A stretch of 32,000 bases of DNA from contig NZ_CP104094.1 in the NCBI RefSeq assembly GCF_033372575.1, forward strand, positions 14,354-46,353, given 5' to 3'. The notes beneath the pieces were generated by a model that worked only from the letters and a program-made list of their open reading frames with translations, had not been told where the DNA came from and searched no databases. Each line of letters starts with the position of its first letter. Position 1 is the first letter of the stretch. The translations under genes were made by a program, and so were the position numbers. Origin of the DNA: Candidatus Saccharimonadota bacterium. Lineage in GTDB: Bacteria > Bacteroidota > Bacteroidia > Flavobacteriales > Blattabacteriaceae. Below, piece after piece: positions 1-11,567 of the stretch.

Positions 1-1
1 T

Positions 2-181
2 TTACCTAATACAAATAAAAAATTATTAAATATTTTAAACTTAAAAAGAAAAGATATAAATAATATAATATTAAATAAAAAAGAATTAAATAATCATAAA
101 ATTAATAAAAATAAAATTATATTTAATAAAATTTATAAAAATGATATTAATAAAATAAAAAATATTTTAAATAATAGATGA
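2..181 (+). CDS. 3' end of an unidentified CDS (C-terminal ~59 codons, entering from upstream of the window)
   Basis: The frame starting at nt 2 is stop-free to TGA 179-181, which overlaps the rsmA ATG as ATGA. The sequence is low-complexity and Lys/Asn/Ile-rich, with no recognisable motif. Confidence 0.3.
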   Translation, partial: LPNTNKKLLNILNLKRKDINNIILNKKELNNHKINKNKIIFNKIYKNDINKIKNILNNR

Positions 182-936
182 AAATAAAAAAATATTATAG
201 TCAAAATTATTTAATTAATAACTATTATATAATAAAAATAATTAATATATTAAAAAAAAGTAATATTAATTATGATTGTATATTAGAAATAGGTGCAGGA
301 ATAGGAAATTTAAGTAAGGAAATTATTAAAATAAAAAAAAAAAAAATTATATTAATAGAAATTGATAAAACATTAATTAATATATTAAAAAAAAAGTTTA
401 AAAAATATAAAATAATTAATAAAAATATTTTAAATTGTAATTTAAAAAAATTAGGTTATAAAAAATATTATATAATTGGTAATTTTCCATATAATATATC
501 AAGTAAATTAATATTATGGATAATAAAGAATAAAAAATATATAGTTGAATGTATTGGTATGTTTCAAAAAGAATTTGTAAATAGTATATTAAGTCTTAAT
601 AAGAAATTTAAAACTAAATTATCAATTAACATTAATTTATATTTTAAAGTAATTAAATTATTTAATATAAATAATAAAAATTTTTTTCCTATTCCAAAAG
701 TAAATTCAACAGTAATTAAGTTAAAAAAAAAAAAAACAAATTTATTAAAAATAAATAATATAAAATATAAAAAATTTATTTTATTTATAAAAGAATGTTT
801 TAAATATAAAAGAAAAATAATAAAAAATTCATTATTTAATTATTTAAAAAATAAAAAAAATAATAAATTGTTTTTTAAAAGAATAGAAGAATTAAATATA
901 TATGAAATAATAAAATTATATAAAATAATAAATTAA
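178..936 (+). CDS. rsmA: 16S rRNA (adenine1518/1519-N6)-dimethyltransferase RsmA/KsgA
   Basis: 252-aa ORF. It has the SAM-binding motif LEIGAGIGNLS, then IEID, then the GNFPYNISS motif typical of KsgA/Erm methyltransferases. Confidence 0.85.
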   Translation: MKIKKYYSQNYLINNYYIIKIINILKKSNINYDCILEIGAGIGNLSKEIIKIKKKKIILIEIDKTLINILKKKFKKYKIINKNILNCNLKKLGYKKYYIIGNFPYNISSKLILWIIKNKKYIVECIGMFQKEFVNSILSLNKKFKTKLSININLYFKVIKLFNINNKNFFPIPKVNSTVIKLKKKKTNLLKINNIKYKKFILFIKECFKYKRKIIKNSLFNYLKNKKNNKLFFKRIEELNIYEIIKLYKIIN

Positions 937-949
937 TATAATATAAATA

Positions 950-2353
950 ATGAAAATTAAAAATAATATATATAAATATGGATTTTATACAAATATAAAA
1001 TCTAATACGTTATCAATAGGTATAAATAAAAAAATAATTAAAAAAATATCAAAATTAAAAAATGAACCAAAATGGATGACAAAATGGAGATTAAAATCTT
1101 TTAAGTATTGGAAAAAATTAAAATATCCTAAATGGTCAAACTTAAATTATAAAAAAATTAATTTTAATTTAATTAGTTATTTTTCAGAAATTGTAAAAAA
1201 AAATAATAAATTAGATAAAAAAATAATAAAAACTTTTGAAAAATTAGGAGTTCCTATAAAAAATAATAAAAAAAATAAAAAAGTATCAATTGATTTTATT
1301 TTTGATTCTACTAGTATTACTACAACTTATAAAAAAATATTGAATAAATATGGTATCATATTTTGTTCAATAAATGAAGCAATAACTAAATATAGTAATT
1401 TAATAAAAAAATATATGGGTACTGTAGTATCTTATAAAGATAATTATTATGCCTCATTAAATTCAGCAGTTTTTTCAGATGGTTCTTTTTGTTATATTCC
1501 AAAAGGAGTAAAATGTCCAATTGATTTATCAACATATTTTAGAATAAATAATAGTTTAATTGGTCAATTTGAAAGAACATTAATAATAGTTGATGAAGGT
1601 GGATCAGTAAGTTATTTAGAAGGTTGTACAGCCCCAATAAGAAAAAAAAATCAATTACATGGAGCAGTAGTAGAATTAATAGCATTAAAAAATGCAAACA
1701 TTAAATATTCAACAGTACAAAATTGGTATCCTGGTAATAAAAAAGGAAAAGGGGGAATATATAATTTTGTTACTAAAAGAGGAATATGCAATAAAAATTC
1801 AAAAATTACATGGATACAGTTAGAAACTGGTTCATTATTAACTTGGAAATATCCATCATGTATTTTAAAAGGAGATAATTCAATTGGCGAATTTAGATCA
1901 GTTTCATTAACTAAAAATTATCAACAAATAGATACAGGAACTAAAATGATACATATAGGAAAAAATACAAAAAGTATAATAATATCTAAAAGTATATGTA
2001 TGGATAAATCAATTAATACATATAGAGGATTAGTAAAGATAAATAAGAATTCTAAAAATTCTAATAATTATACTCAATGTGATTCATTATTAATAGGTAA
2101 TAAATGTAGTACTCATACTTTACCTTATATAATATCTACTAATTCTTCAGCTAAAATAGAACATGAATCAACGATATCTAATATAGAAGAAGAACAAATC
2201 TATTATTGTAATCAAAGAGGAATAAATAATGAAAATGCAATGTCAATAATAGTAAATGGTTTTAGTATGGAAATAATTAAAGAATTACCTTTAGAATTTG
2301 CATTAGAAGCTAAAGAATTATTAAATATAAAATTAAAGAATACTGTAGGATAA
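950..2353 (+). CDS. sufB: Fe-S cluster assembly protein SufB
   Basis: 467-aa ORF with conserved SufB blocks (FERTLIIVDEGGSVSYLEGCTAP, VELIALKNANIKYSTVQNW, NFVTKRG). It lies immediately upstream of sufC. Confidence 0.9.
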   Translation: MKIKNNIYKYGFYTNIKSNTLSIGINKKIIKKISKLKNEPKWMTKWRLKSFKYWKKLKYPKWSNLNYKKINFNLISYFSEIVKKNNKLDKKIIKTFEKLGVPIKNNKKNKKVSIDFIFDSTSITTTYKKILNKYGIIFCSINEAITKYSNLIKKYMGTVVSYKDNYYASLNSAVFSDGSFCYIPKGVKCPIDLSTYFRINNSLIGQFERTLIIVDEGGSVSYLEGCTAPIRKKNQLHGAVVELIALKNANIKYSTVQNWYPGNKKGKGGIYNFVTKRGICNKNSKITWIQLETGSLLTWKYPSCILKGDNSIGEFRSVSLTKNYQQIDTGTKMIHIGKNTKSIIISKSICMDKSINTYRGLVKINKNSKNSNNYTQCDSLLIGNKCSTHTLPYIISTNSSAKIEHESTISNIEEEQIYYCNQRGINNENAMSIIVNGFSMEIIKELPLEFALEAKELLNIKLKNTVG

Positions 2354-2390
2354 AATAAAATAATATAATATAATAGAATATAATATAATA

Positions 2391-2420
2391 GAATAGAATA
2401 GAATAGAATAGAATAGAATA
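2391..2420. repeat. Pentanucleotide microsatellite (GAATA)x6 in the sufB-sufC spacer
   Basis: Six perfect head-to-tail GAATA units read directly. They are flanked upstream (2361-2390) by degenerate TAATA/GAATA units. Confidence 0.9.
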
Positions 2421-2425
2421 AATAT

Positions 2426-3144
2426 ATGTTAGATATAAATAATTTATATGTAAAAATAAAAAATAATTTAATTATTAAAGGTTTAAATTTAAAAATTAAA
2501 AATAATGAAATTCATATCATTATGGGACCAAATGGATCAGGAAAAAGTACATTATCATATGTAATATCAGGTAAACAAAAATATATAATTGAAAAAGGAA
2601 AAATATTATTTAATAATAAATTAATTAATAATTTATCACCTTATGAAATATCAAAATTAGGAATTTATTTATCATTTCAATATCCAATAGAAATAAATGG
2701 TATAACAATGTATAGTTATTTAAAAACTATATTAAAAAAAAAATATAATAATAGAGTAATATTAAAAAAAATATATAAAGTATGTAAAAAATTAAAAATA
2801 AATAAAAATTATTTATATCGTTATTTTAATGTAGGTTTTTCAGGTGGAGAAAAGAAAAAAAATGAAATATTACAAATGTTATTATTAAAACCTAAATTAG
2901 TTATATTAGATGAAATTGATTCTGGATTAGATATAGATACATTAAATATAATATTTAAAAATATAAATAAATATAAAAAAAAATATAAATGTTCAATAAT
3001 AATAATTACACATAATACAAATATTATAAAATATATAAATACTAATTATGTGCATATATTATATAATGGAAAAATAATAAAAAGTAGTAATAAGAATATA
3101 ATAGAAAAAATAGAAAAATATGGATATAAAAAAATAGTAAAACA

Positions 3145-3148
<4 letters not shown>
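2426..3148 (+). CDS. sufC: Fe-S cluster assembly ATPase SufC
   Basis: 240-aa ORF with Walker A GPNGSGKST, ABC signature FSGGEKKKNE and Walker B LVILDEIDSGLD. It ends in TGA, which overlaps an ATG (ATGA at 3145-3148). Confidence 0.9.
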
Positions 3149-4655
<1,507 letters not shown>

Positions 4656-4656
4656 A

Positions 4657-5880
4657 ATGTTTAATAAAAAAGAAATTAAATTAATAAGAAAAGAATTTCC
4701 TATATTAAAAAAAATTATAAATGGCTATAAATTAATATATTTCGATAATTCTTCAACTACACAAAAACCTAAAATTCTAATAGATAAAATAAAATATTAT
4801 TATTATAATTATAATTCTAATCTTTATAGATATAATAATTATTTAAGTGTAAAATCTACAATATATGTAGATGAATGTAGAAAAACAATTAAAAAATTAA
4901 TTAATGCTAATAGTTATAAAGAAATAATATTTACTAAAAGTACTACCGAATCAATTAATTTATTATCAGTATGTTTAAAAAATATTAATAAAAAAAATGA
5001 TGAAATTATTATCTCTCAATTAGAACATCATTCAAATCTAATTCCATGGCAAATATTATGTAAAAAAAAAAAACTTAAATTAAAAATATTAAAAATTAAT
5101 GAAAAATATAATATATCTTTAAAATACTTGAAATATAAATTATCTAAAAAAACTAAAATTGTTTCTATTACTCATATATCAAATGTATTTGGTACTATTT
5201 TACCTATAAAAAAAATAGTAGAAATAATAAAAAATTATAATAGAAACATATTAATTATTTTAGATTGTGCTCAATCAATTGCTCATATCCCTATAGATGT
5301 ACAAAAATTAAATGTAGATATTTTAGTATTTTCTAGTCATAAAATATATGGTCCTACAGGATTAGGAATATTATATTGTAAAGAAGAAATATTAAATAAA
5401 TTAATACCATATCAATATGGAGGAGGAATGATAAAAGAAGTAAGATATAAGAATACTATATATGAGAATGGATATAAACAATTAGAAGCAGGAACAATAA
5501 ATATAGCTTCAATATATAGTTTTATGTATGTAATAAAATATTTAAATAAAATAAAAATTTATAACATTAATATATATGAAAATAAATTAATTAATTATTT
5601 GAAAAAATTATTATTAAAAAATAAAAAAATTATTTTATATGGAAAAGATAATATTAATTCATCATCAATATTGTCATTTAATATAAAAAATAAAAATAAT
5701 TATGATATTGGATTATTATTAAATAACTATGGTATACAAGTAAGAATAGGAAATCAATGTGCAGAACCATTAATGAAATATTTAAAATTAAATGGTACAA
5801 TAAGAGTAAGTTTAGGATTATATAATAATAAAGAAGAAATAGATAAATTTTATTATTATTTAAATAAAATAATAAAATAA
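4657..5880 (+). CDS. sufS: Cysteine desulfurase SufS (class V aminotransferase)
   Basis: 407-aa ORF with the PLP-lysine context FSSHKIYGPTGLGILY and the active-site Cys context RIGNQCAEPL. It follows sufD with a 1-nt spacer. Confidence 0.88.
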   Translation: MFNKKEIKLIRKEFPILKKIINGYKLIYFDNSSTTQKPKILIDKIKYYYYNYNSNLYRYNNYLSVKSTIYVDECRKTIKKLINANSYKEIIFTKSTTESINLLSVCLKNINKKNDEIIISQLEHHSNLIPWQILCKKKKLKLKILKINEKYNISLKYLKYKLSKKTKIVSITHISNVFGTILPIKKIVEIIKNYNRNILIILDCAQSIAHIPIDVQKLNVDILVFSSHKIYGPTGLGILYCKEEILNKLIPYQYGGGMIKEVRYKNTIYENGYKQLEAGTINIASIYSFMYVIKYLNKIKIYNINIYENKLINYLKKLLLKNKKIILYGKDNINSSSILSFNIKNKNNYDIGLLLNNYGIQVRIGNQCAEPLMKYLKLNGTIRVSLGLYNNKEEIDKFYYYLNKIIK

Positions 5881-5896
5881 TATTAATATAATTACA

Positions 5897-6115
5897 TTAT
5901 TTAATATTTAATAGTTTAATAATAAAATTAATACCTTTTTTTTTAATTAATCTAATAGCTGAAGTAGATAGTTTAAGTTTTATCCATTTGTTATTAATAA
6001 AAAATTTTTTATTAAAAAAATTAATTTTAAACCATCTTTTAGTTTTAATATTTGAATGAGATATTTTATTACCTTTAATTGGACGTTTATTAGTAATTTT
6101 ACATATTTTTGACAT
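5897..6115 (-). CDS. rpmB: 50S ribosomal protein L28
   Basis: 72-aa ORF MSKICKITNKRPIKGNKISHSNIKTKRWFKINF..., matching the L28 pattern (C..TGK....GN.VSHSN.KTKR.F.PN). Confidence 0.85.
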   Translation of the reverse strand: MSKICKITNKRPIKGNKISHSNIKTKRWFKINFFNKKFFINNKWIKLKLSTSAIRLIKKKGINFIIKLLNIK

Positions 6116-6162
6116 AAAAAAAAAAAATATTAATAAATAAAATAATTCAATAAATAATAAAA

Positions 6163-6672
6163 ATGGAATATAATACTAAAAAAAGTAAAATAATATTTCC
6201 TCAATATGGAAGAAATATACAAAAATTAATAGAAGATACGTTAAAGAAATTAAAAAATACAAATAGAATAAGTCAATATATATATATATTAAAAATAATG
6301 AAAAATAAAAAAATTATAAGTAATATAAATATATATAAACGTATATTATGGGATCAATTATATTTATTAACTAATAAAAAATTAAAAAAAAAAGAATATC
6401 CATTTAAAAATAAAAAACCTATTTATTATTTAAAAAAAAAAAAAATTAAAAAATTAGATTATCCTAAAAATGGAAATGAATATAAATATTACGGAAAAAT
6501 AATACCAAAATTAATAAAAAGTATTAAAAAAATAAAAAATAAATATAAATATAAATATTATATAGCCAATAAAATGAAAATTAATTATATTAAATGGAAT
6601 AATAAAAAAAATATTAAATATAGTAATATATTAAATGATATAGAATTAATTTCAAAATTGAAAAAAAAATAA
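6163..6672 (+). CDS. DUF4290 family protein (Bacteroidota-typical conserved hypothetical)
   Basis: 169-aa ORF whose N-terminus MEYNTKKSKIIFPQYGRNIQKLIE...ILWDQLY matches my recollection of the DUF4290 signature (MEYN....L..PEYGR.IQK....KLWD.L). Confidence 0.55.
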   Translation: MEYNTKKSKIIFPQYGRNIQKLIEDTLKKLKNTNRISQYIYILKIMKNKKIISNINIYKRILWDQLYLLTNKKLKKKEYPFKNKKPIYYLKKKKIKKLDYPKNGNEYKYYGKIIPKLIKSIKKIKNKYKYKYYIANKMKINYIKWNNKKNIKYSNILNDIELISKLKKK

Positions 6673-6810
6673 TTAATAGTTAATAATAAAAATTAATTAT
6701 AATAAAATTAATTATAATAAAATTAATTATAATAAAATTAATTATAATAAAATTAATTATAATAAAATTAATTATAATAAAATTAATTATAATAAAATTA
6801 AATTATAGAA
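6671..6810. repeat. 15-nt tandem repeat (AATTAATTATAATAA), 7 perfect copies plus degenerate flanking copies
   Basis: Perfect units start at 6691, 6706, 6721, 6736, 6751, 6766 and 6781. Degenerate copies lie at 6671-6690 and 6796-6810. The array ends 16 nt upstream of tRNA-Val. Confidence 0.9.
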
Positions 6811-6825
6811 ATATAATTTCTAAAA

Positions 6826-6900
6826 AGGTGGTTAGCTCAGTTGGTTTAGAGCGTTTGCCTTACAAGCAAAAGGTCACTAGTTCGAATCTAGTACCACCTA
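6826..6900 (+). tRNA. trnV: tRNA-Val (anticodon UAC)
   Basis: Manual cloverleaf: acceptor AGGTGGT/ACCACCT, D-stem GCTC/GAGC, anticodon stem TTTGC/GCAAA with loop CTTACAA (TAC), and T-stem ACTAG/CTAGT with loop TTCGAAT. The discriminator is A and no CCA is encoded. Confidence 0.9.
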
Positions 6901-6911
6901 TATAAAAAAAA

Positions 6912-7673
6912 ATGTTGATAAAAAATAAAGAAGAAATAAAGTTAATAAAAAAAAGTTCAATATTAACTTCTAAAACATTAGGAATAATGTCAGAATATAT
7001 AAAACCTGGAGTAAATTTATTAAAATTAGATAAAATAGCTTATGAATATATTAATGATAATGGTGGAAAACCAGCGTTTTTAGGATTATATAATTATCCA
7101 AATACTATTTGTACATCTATAAATAATGAAGTAGTTCATGGAATACCTAGAAATATTAATTTAAAAGAAGGAGATATAATATCTATAGATTGTGGAGTAT
7201 TAATGAATAAATATTATGGTGAACATGCATATACTTTTGGAGTAGGGGAAATATCAAAAATAAAAAAAAAATTATTAAAATATACAAAAAAATCATTATA
7301 TATAGGAATAAAAGAGAGTAAAATTGGAAAAAGAATAGGAGATATAGGATATAAAATAAATAAATTTATAACTAATAAGGGGTTTAAAGTAGTAAAAGAT
7401 TTATTTGGACATGGAATAGGCAGAAAAATACATGAATATCCAAATATTCCTAATTATGGAAAAAAAAATACAGGGATAAAAATAAAAAATGGAATGGTAT
7501 TATCAATTGAACCTATAGTTAATCAAGGAACAAGTAAAATAAAATTAAGTAAAGATAAATGGACTTATTTAACTAAAGATAATTTGTTATCAGCCCATTA
7601 TGAGCATAATATAGCTATTATAGATAATAAAACAAAAATATTATCAACATTTAAATATATAAATAATATATAA
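6912..7673 (+). CDS. map: Methionine aminopeptidase type I
   Basis: 253-aa ORF with the metal-ligand contexts VHGIP, DIISIDCG, GHGIG and LSIEP, plus the H..HYEHNI motif. Confidence 0.88.
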   Translation: MLIKNKEEIKLIKKSSILTSKTLGIMSEYIKPGVNLLKLDKIAYEYINDNGGKPAFLGLYNYPNTICTSINNEVVHGIPRNINLKEGDIISIDCGVLMNKYYGEHAYTFGVGEISKIKKKLLKYTKKSLYIGIKESKIGKRIGDIGYKINKFITNKGFKVVKDLFGHGIGRKIHEYPNIPNYGKKNTGIKIKNGMVLSIEPIVNQGTSKIKLSKDKWTYLTKDNLLSAHYEHNIAIIDNKTKILSTFKYINNI

Positions 7674-7684
7674 TATATAAATAA

Positions 7685-8155
7685 ATGAGAAAAATAAAAT
7701 TTAAAAAAAGAATTTATAAAAAAGATTATAAATATAATAGTAAATTAGTAACTTATTTTGTAAATAATTTAATGAGAGATGGAAAAAAAAATTTAGCTTA
7801 TAAAATATTTTATAATGCGTTAAATATCATAAATAATAAAATAAAAGATATAAATCCGTTAATAATATTTAAAAAATCGTTAAAAAATATTGCGCCTAAA
7901 AAAATAATAAAAAATAAAAAAATAGGAGGAACTAATTATAATATACCAATTGAAATTAATAAAAGAAAAAAAATATATTTATCAATTAAATGGTTAATAT
8001 TATATGCCAAAAAAAGAAAAGAAAAAACAATGTCTGATAAATTAGCTAATGAAATAATAGCCGCTTATAATGGAATAGGAGAGGCAATAAAAAAAAGAAA
8101 TAATATATATAAATTAGCAGAATCTAATAAAGCATTTAAAAATATTAATATATAA
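7685..8155 (+). CDS. rpsG: 30S ribosomal protein S7
   Basis: 156-aa ORF with LVTYFVNNLMRDGKKNLAYKIFYNAL and the C-terminal AESNKAF motif. It lies directly upstream of fusA. Confidence 0.9.
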   Translation: MRKIKFKKRIYKKDYKYNSKLVTYFVNNLMRDGKKNLAYKIFYNALNIINNKIKDINPLIIFKKSLKNIAPKKIIKNKKIGGTNYNIPIEINKRKKIYLSIKWLILYAKKRKEKTMSDKLANEIIAAYNGIGEAIKKRNNIYKLAESNKAFKNINI

Positions 8156-8164
8156 AATAAAAAT

Positions 8165-10249
8165 ATGAATAAAAATAAATTAAAATATACTAGAAATATA
8201 GGAATAGTAGCGCATATTGATGCAGGAAAAACAACAACAACAGAAAGAATATTATATTATACAGGAAGAAGTCATAAAATAGGAGAGGTACATGAAGGAA
8301 ATACAACAATGGATTGGATGGAACAAGAGCAAGAAAGAGGGATAACAATAACATCTGCAGCAACTAGATGTATATGGAAATATAATAAAAAAGATTATTA
8401 TATAAATATAATAGATACTCCTGGTCATGTAGATTTTACAGTAGAAGTAGAAAGATCATTAAGAGTATTAGATGGAATGGTAGTATTATTTAGTTCAGTA
8501 GAAGGAGTAGAACCACAATCAGAAACAGTTTGGAAACAAGCAAATAAATATAAAATACCAAGAATAGGGTATGTAAATAAAATGGATAGAAAAGGTTCTA
8601 ATTACTTAAAAGTTTGTAAAGATGTAAAAAAAAAATTAAAATGTAATACGATTATATTACAATTGCCATTAGAAAAAGAGGGAAAATTTATAGGTATTAT
8701 AGATATAATATTAGAAAAATATATAATATGGGAGAATAAAAATTATGGAATGAAATATAATATAAAAGATATACCAGAGAATGAAATAGAAAAAATAAAA
8801 AAATATAAAAAAAAAATATTAGAGAATTTATCTGAATACGATGAAGAAATAATGAATAATTATTTAGAAGGAAAAAAAATTAAAAAAAAAAAAATAATAT
8901 CTATAATAAAAAAAGAAACATGTAAAATGAATTTAATACCTATGTTATGTGGTTCTTCATTTAAAAATAAAGGAGTACAAAAAATGTTAGATGCAATATG
9001 TATGTATTTACCTTCTCCTTTAAAATCAAAAAAAATAATAGGAATAGAAAAAATAAATAAAAAAAAATGTATTGTTAAACCAAATTATAAATATCCTTAT
9101 TGTTCATTAGTATTTAAAATATCTACTAATAAATATTATGGTAAATTAGTATTTATTAGAGTATATTCAGGAAGTTTAAAAGTTGGTGATTATGTATTAA
9201 ACTCAAGAACTAATAAAACCGAAAGAATATCCAGAATGTATCAAATGCATGCAAATAAACAAATTCCTATAAATAAAATATGTGCAGGAGATATATTTGC
9301 AGGAGTAGGATTAAAAGATATAAAAACAGGAGATACATTATGTGATGAAAATAATCCAATAATATTAGAAAAAATATTATTTCCTAAACCAGTTATGGGA
9401 ATAGCGATAGAAACAAAAATAAAATCTGAAATAGAAAAATTAAATTTAGCTTTATCTAAAATGGAAGAAGAAGATCCAACATTTAAAGTAAAAATGGATA
9501 ATAAAACAGGACAAATAATAATTTATGGAATGGGAGAATTACATTTAGATATTATAATAGATAGAATAAAAAGAGAATTTAATTTAGATATTAATAAAGG
9601 TAAACCAAAAGTAGAATATAAAGAAAAAATAACTAAAAAAATTACTCATAGAGAAATATATAAAAAACAGACAGGTGGAAGAGGAAAATTTGCAGAAATT
9701 TTATTTACTATAGGACCATATAAAAAAAAAGGATTAAAATTTATAAATAAAGTAAAAGGAGGGAATATTCCAAAGGAATATATAAGTTCAATAGAAAAAG
9801 GATTTAAATATTCTATGCAAATAGGGCCATTATTAGGATATGAAATAGATTCAATGGAAATAGTATTATTAGATGGATCTTATCATTCAGTAGATTCAGA
9901 TTCTTTATCATTTGAAATAGTAGCTAAAAATGGGTATAGAAATTCATCAAAAAAAACTAAACCAATAATAATGGAACCTATAATGAAATTAGTAATTAAT
10001 TGTCAAAATGAAAATATGGGTAATATAGTGAGTGATATAAATAAAAGAAGAGGAATAATAAAAAATATAATAGATAATAAAAATAATGAAAAAATAATTA
10101 ATGCTTTAGTACCTTTATCAGAAATGTTTGGGTATGTGACAATATTAAGATCATTATCATCAGGTAGAGCATATTCAAATATGATATTTTCACATTATGA
10201 AGAAGTACCAAAAAATATTTTAAATAAAATAATAGATAATAAATTATAA
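8165..10249 (+). CDS. fusA: Elongation factor G
   Basis: 694-aa ORF with GTPase motifs AHIDAGKTTTTERIL, DTPGHVDF and NKMD, plus conserved domain IV/V blocks. It is the most G+C-rich gene in the window. Confidence 0.95.
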   Translation: MNKNKLKYTRNIGIVAHIDAGKTTTTERILYYTGRSHKIGEVHEGNTTMDWMEQEQERGITITSAATRCIWKYNKKDYYINIIDTPGHVDFTVEVERSLRVLDGMVVLFSSVEGVEPQSETVWKQANKYKIPRIGYVNKMDRKGSNYLKVCKDVKKKLKCNTIILQLPLEKEGKFIGIIDIILEKYIIWENKNYGMKYNIKDIPENEIEKIKKYKKKILENLSEYDEEIMNNYLEGKKIKKKKIISIIKKETCKMNLIPMLCGSSFKNKGVQKMLDAICMYLPSPLKSKKIIGIEKINKKKCIVKPNYKYPYCSLVFKISTNKYYGKLVFIRVYSGSLKVGDYVLNSRTNKTERISRMYQMHANKQIPINKICAGDIFAGVGLKDIKTGDTLCDENNPIILEKILFPKPVMGIAIETKIKSEIEKLNLALSKMEEEDPTFKVKMDNKTGQIIIYGMGELHLDIIIDRIKREFNLDINKGKPKVEYKEKITKKITHREIYKKQTGGRGKFAEILFTIGPYKKKGLKFINKVKGGNIPKEYISSIEKGFKYSMQIGPLLGYEIDSMEIVLLDGSYHSVDSDSLSFEIVAKNGYRNSSKKTKPIIMEPIMKLVINCQNENMGNIVSDINKRRGIIKNIIDNKNNEKIINALVPLSEMFGYVTILRSLSSGRAYSNMIFSHYEEVPKNILNKIIDNKL

Positions 10250-10336
10250 TATATAATATGATAATTAAATATTACTATATATCATACGAGTTAAAAAAAA
10301 TAAAAGAAAATACGAATATAAAAAAAAAGTAAGTAA

Positions 10337-10954
10337 ATGATAGGTTTAATAGGAAAAAAAATAAAAATGATAAATGTATTTAGAAAAGGTAAAATATATA
10401 CATGTACAGTAATAAAAACAGAAAAAGGATTTATTATAAAAAAAAGTAATAATAAAATATTATTAGGGTATATAAAAGTAAAAAAAGTAAATAAACCATT
10501 AATGGGAATATTTAAAAAATATAATAGTAAATATTATAAAAAAATTATAGAATTTAATAGATTAACAGAGAATGAAATAAAATATATAAAAAATAAAAAA
10601 AAAATTGATTTAGAGATATTTAATATAGGAGAAAAAATAGATATAACAGGATATTCTTTAGGAAAAGGTTTTCAAGGAGTAGTTAAAAGACATAAATTTT
10701 CAGGAGTTGGATCAAAAACACATGGACAACATAATAGATTAAGAGCACCAGGATCTATAGGAGCAGGAACTTATCCAGCTAAAGTAATAAAAGGATTGAA
10801 AATGGCAGGAAGAATGGGAAATAAAAAAGTAACCGTTAAAAAAATAAAAATATTATTAATAAAAAAAAATATTTTATTAGTAAAAGGATCAGTACCAGGA
10901 AAAAATAATAAATATTTAATAATAAAAAAAAAATATGGAAAATTTAATAAATAA
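10337..10954 (+). CDS. rplC: 50S ribosomal protein L3
   Basis: 205-aa ORF with GKGFQGVVKRHKFSG...HGQHNRLRAPGSIGA, the L3 signature. Confidence 0.9.
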   Translation: MIGLIGKKIKMINVFRKGKIYTCTVIKTEKGFIIKKSNNKILLGYIKVKKVNKPLMGIFKKYNSKYYKKIIEFNRLTENEIKYIKNKKKIDLEIFNIGEKIDITGYSLGKGFQGVVKRHKFSGVGSKTHGQHNRLRAPGSIGAGTYPAKVIKGLKMAGRMGNKKVTVKKIKILLIKKNILLVKGSVPGKNNKYLIIKKKYGKFNK

Positions 10955-11567
10955 TAATAAGATAAAAAAAAATATAAATATAATAAATAAATATAATATG
11001 TTCAAAAATAAAGAACATATAATTTATTTATATGTAAAAAAATATCTTAATTCAAAAAGAAAAAATACAAGTAAAACAAAAGAAAGAAGTGAAATAAAAG
11101 GAAGTACTAGAAAATTACAAAAGCAAAAAGGAACAGGAAAGGCAAGAAAAGGAGATATAAAAAATCCTATATTTAGAGGAGGAGGAAGAATATTTGGACC
11201 AAAAAATAATAGAAATTATAAAAATAAAATAAATAAAAAGGTTTATAAAATAGTGAAAAAAATTTTATTATGTAATAAAATAATTAATAAAAAAGTATTT
11301 AGATTAAAAAAAATAAAATTTTATTCACATAAAACTAAATATTTTATTAATTATTTTAAAAAATTAAAAATAAAAATAAATAATAAAAAAAAATATTTAA
11401 TAATAACAGATAAAAAATATAAAAACTTACTAATATCATCAAAAAATATTAAAACTGTTACAATTAATAATATAAAACAAATTAATATATATAAAATATT
11501 AATATCAGATTATATAATATTTATAAATAAAAAAATAAAAAATATAATTAATATAATAAAATTATGA
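10935..11567 (+). CDS. rplD: 50S ribosomal protein L4
   Basis: 210-aa ORF with KQKGTGKARKGDIKNPIFRGGGRIFGPK, the L4 signature. It overlaps rplC by 20 nt, so the exact start is uncertain. Confidence 0.85.
   Translation: MENLINNNKIKKNINIINKYNMFKNKEHIIYLYVKKYLNSKRKNTSKTKERSEIKGSTRKLQKQKGTGKARKGDIKNPIFRGGGRIFGPKNNRNYKNKINKKVYKIVKKILLCNKIINKKVFRLKKIKFYSHKTKYFINYFKKLKIKINNKKKYLIITDKKYKNLLISSKNIKTVTINNIKQINIYKILISDYIIFINKKIKNIINIIKL

Noticed and set aside
6671-6810. Tandem repeat arrays (also 2391-2420, 17541-17585 and 21381-21513) as possible CRISPR arrays
   Set aside because: The units are directly adjacent with no unique spacers and are only 5-39 nt long. There are no cas genes. These are simple slippage repeats.
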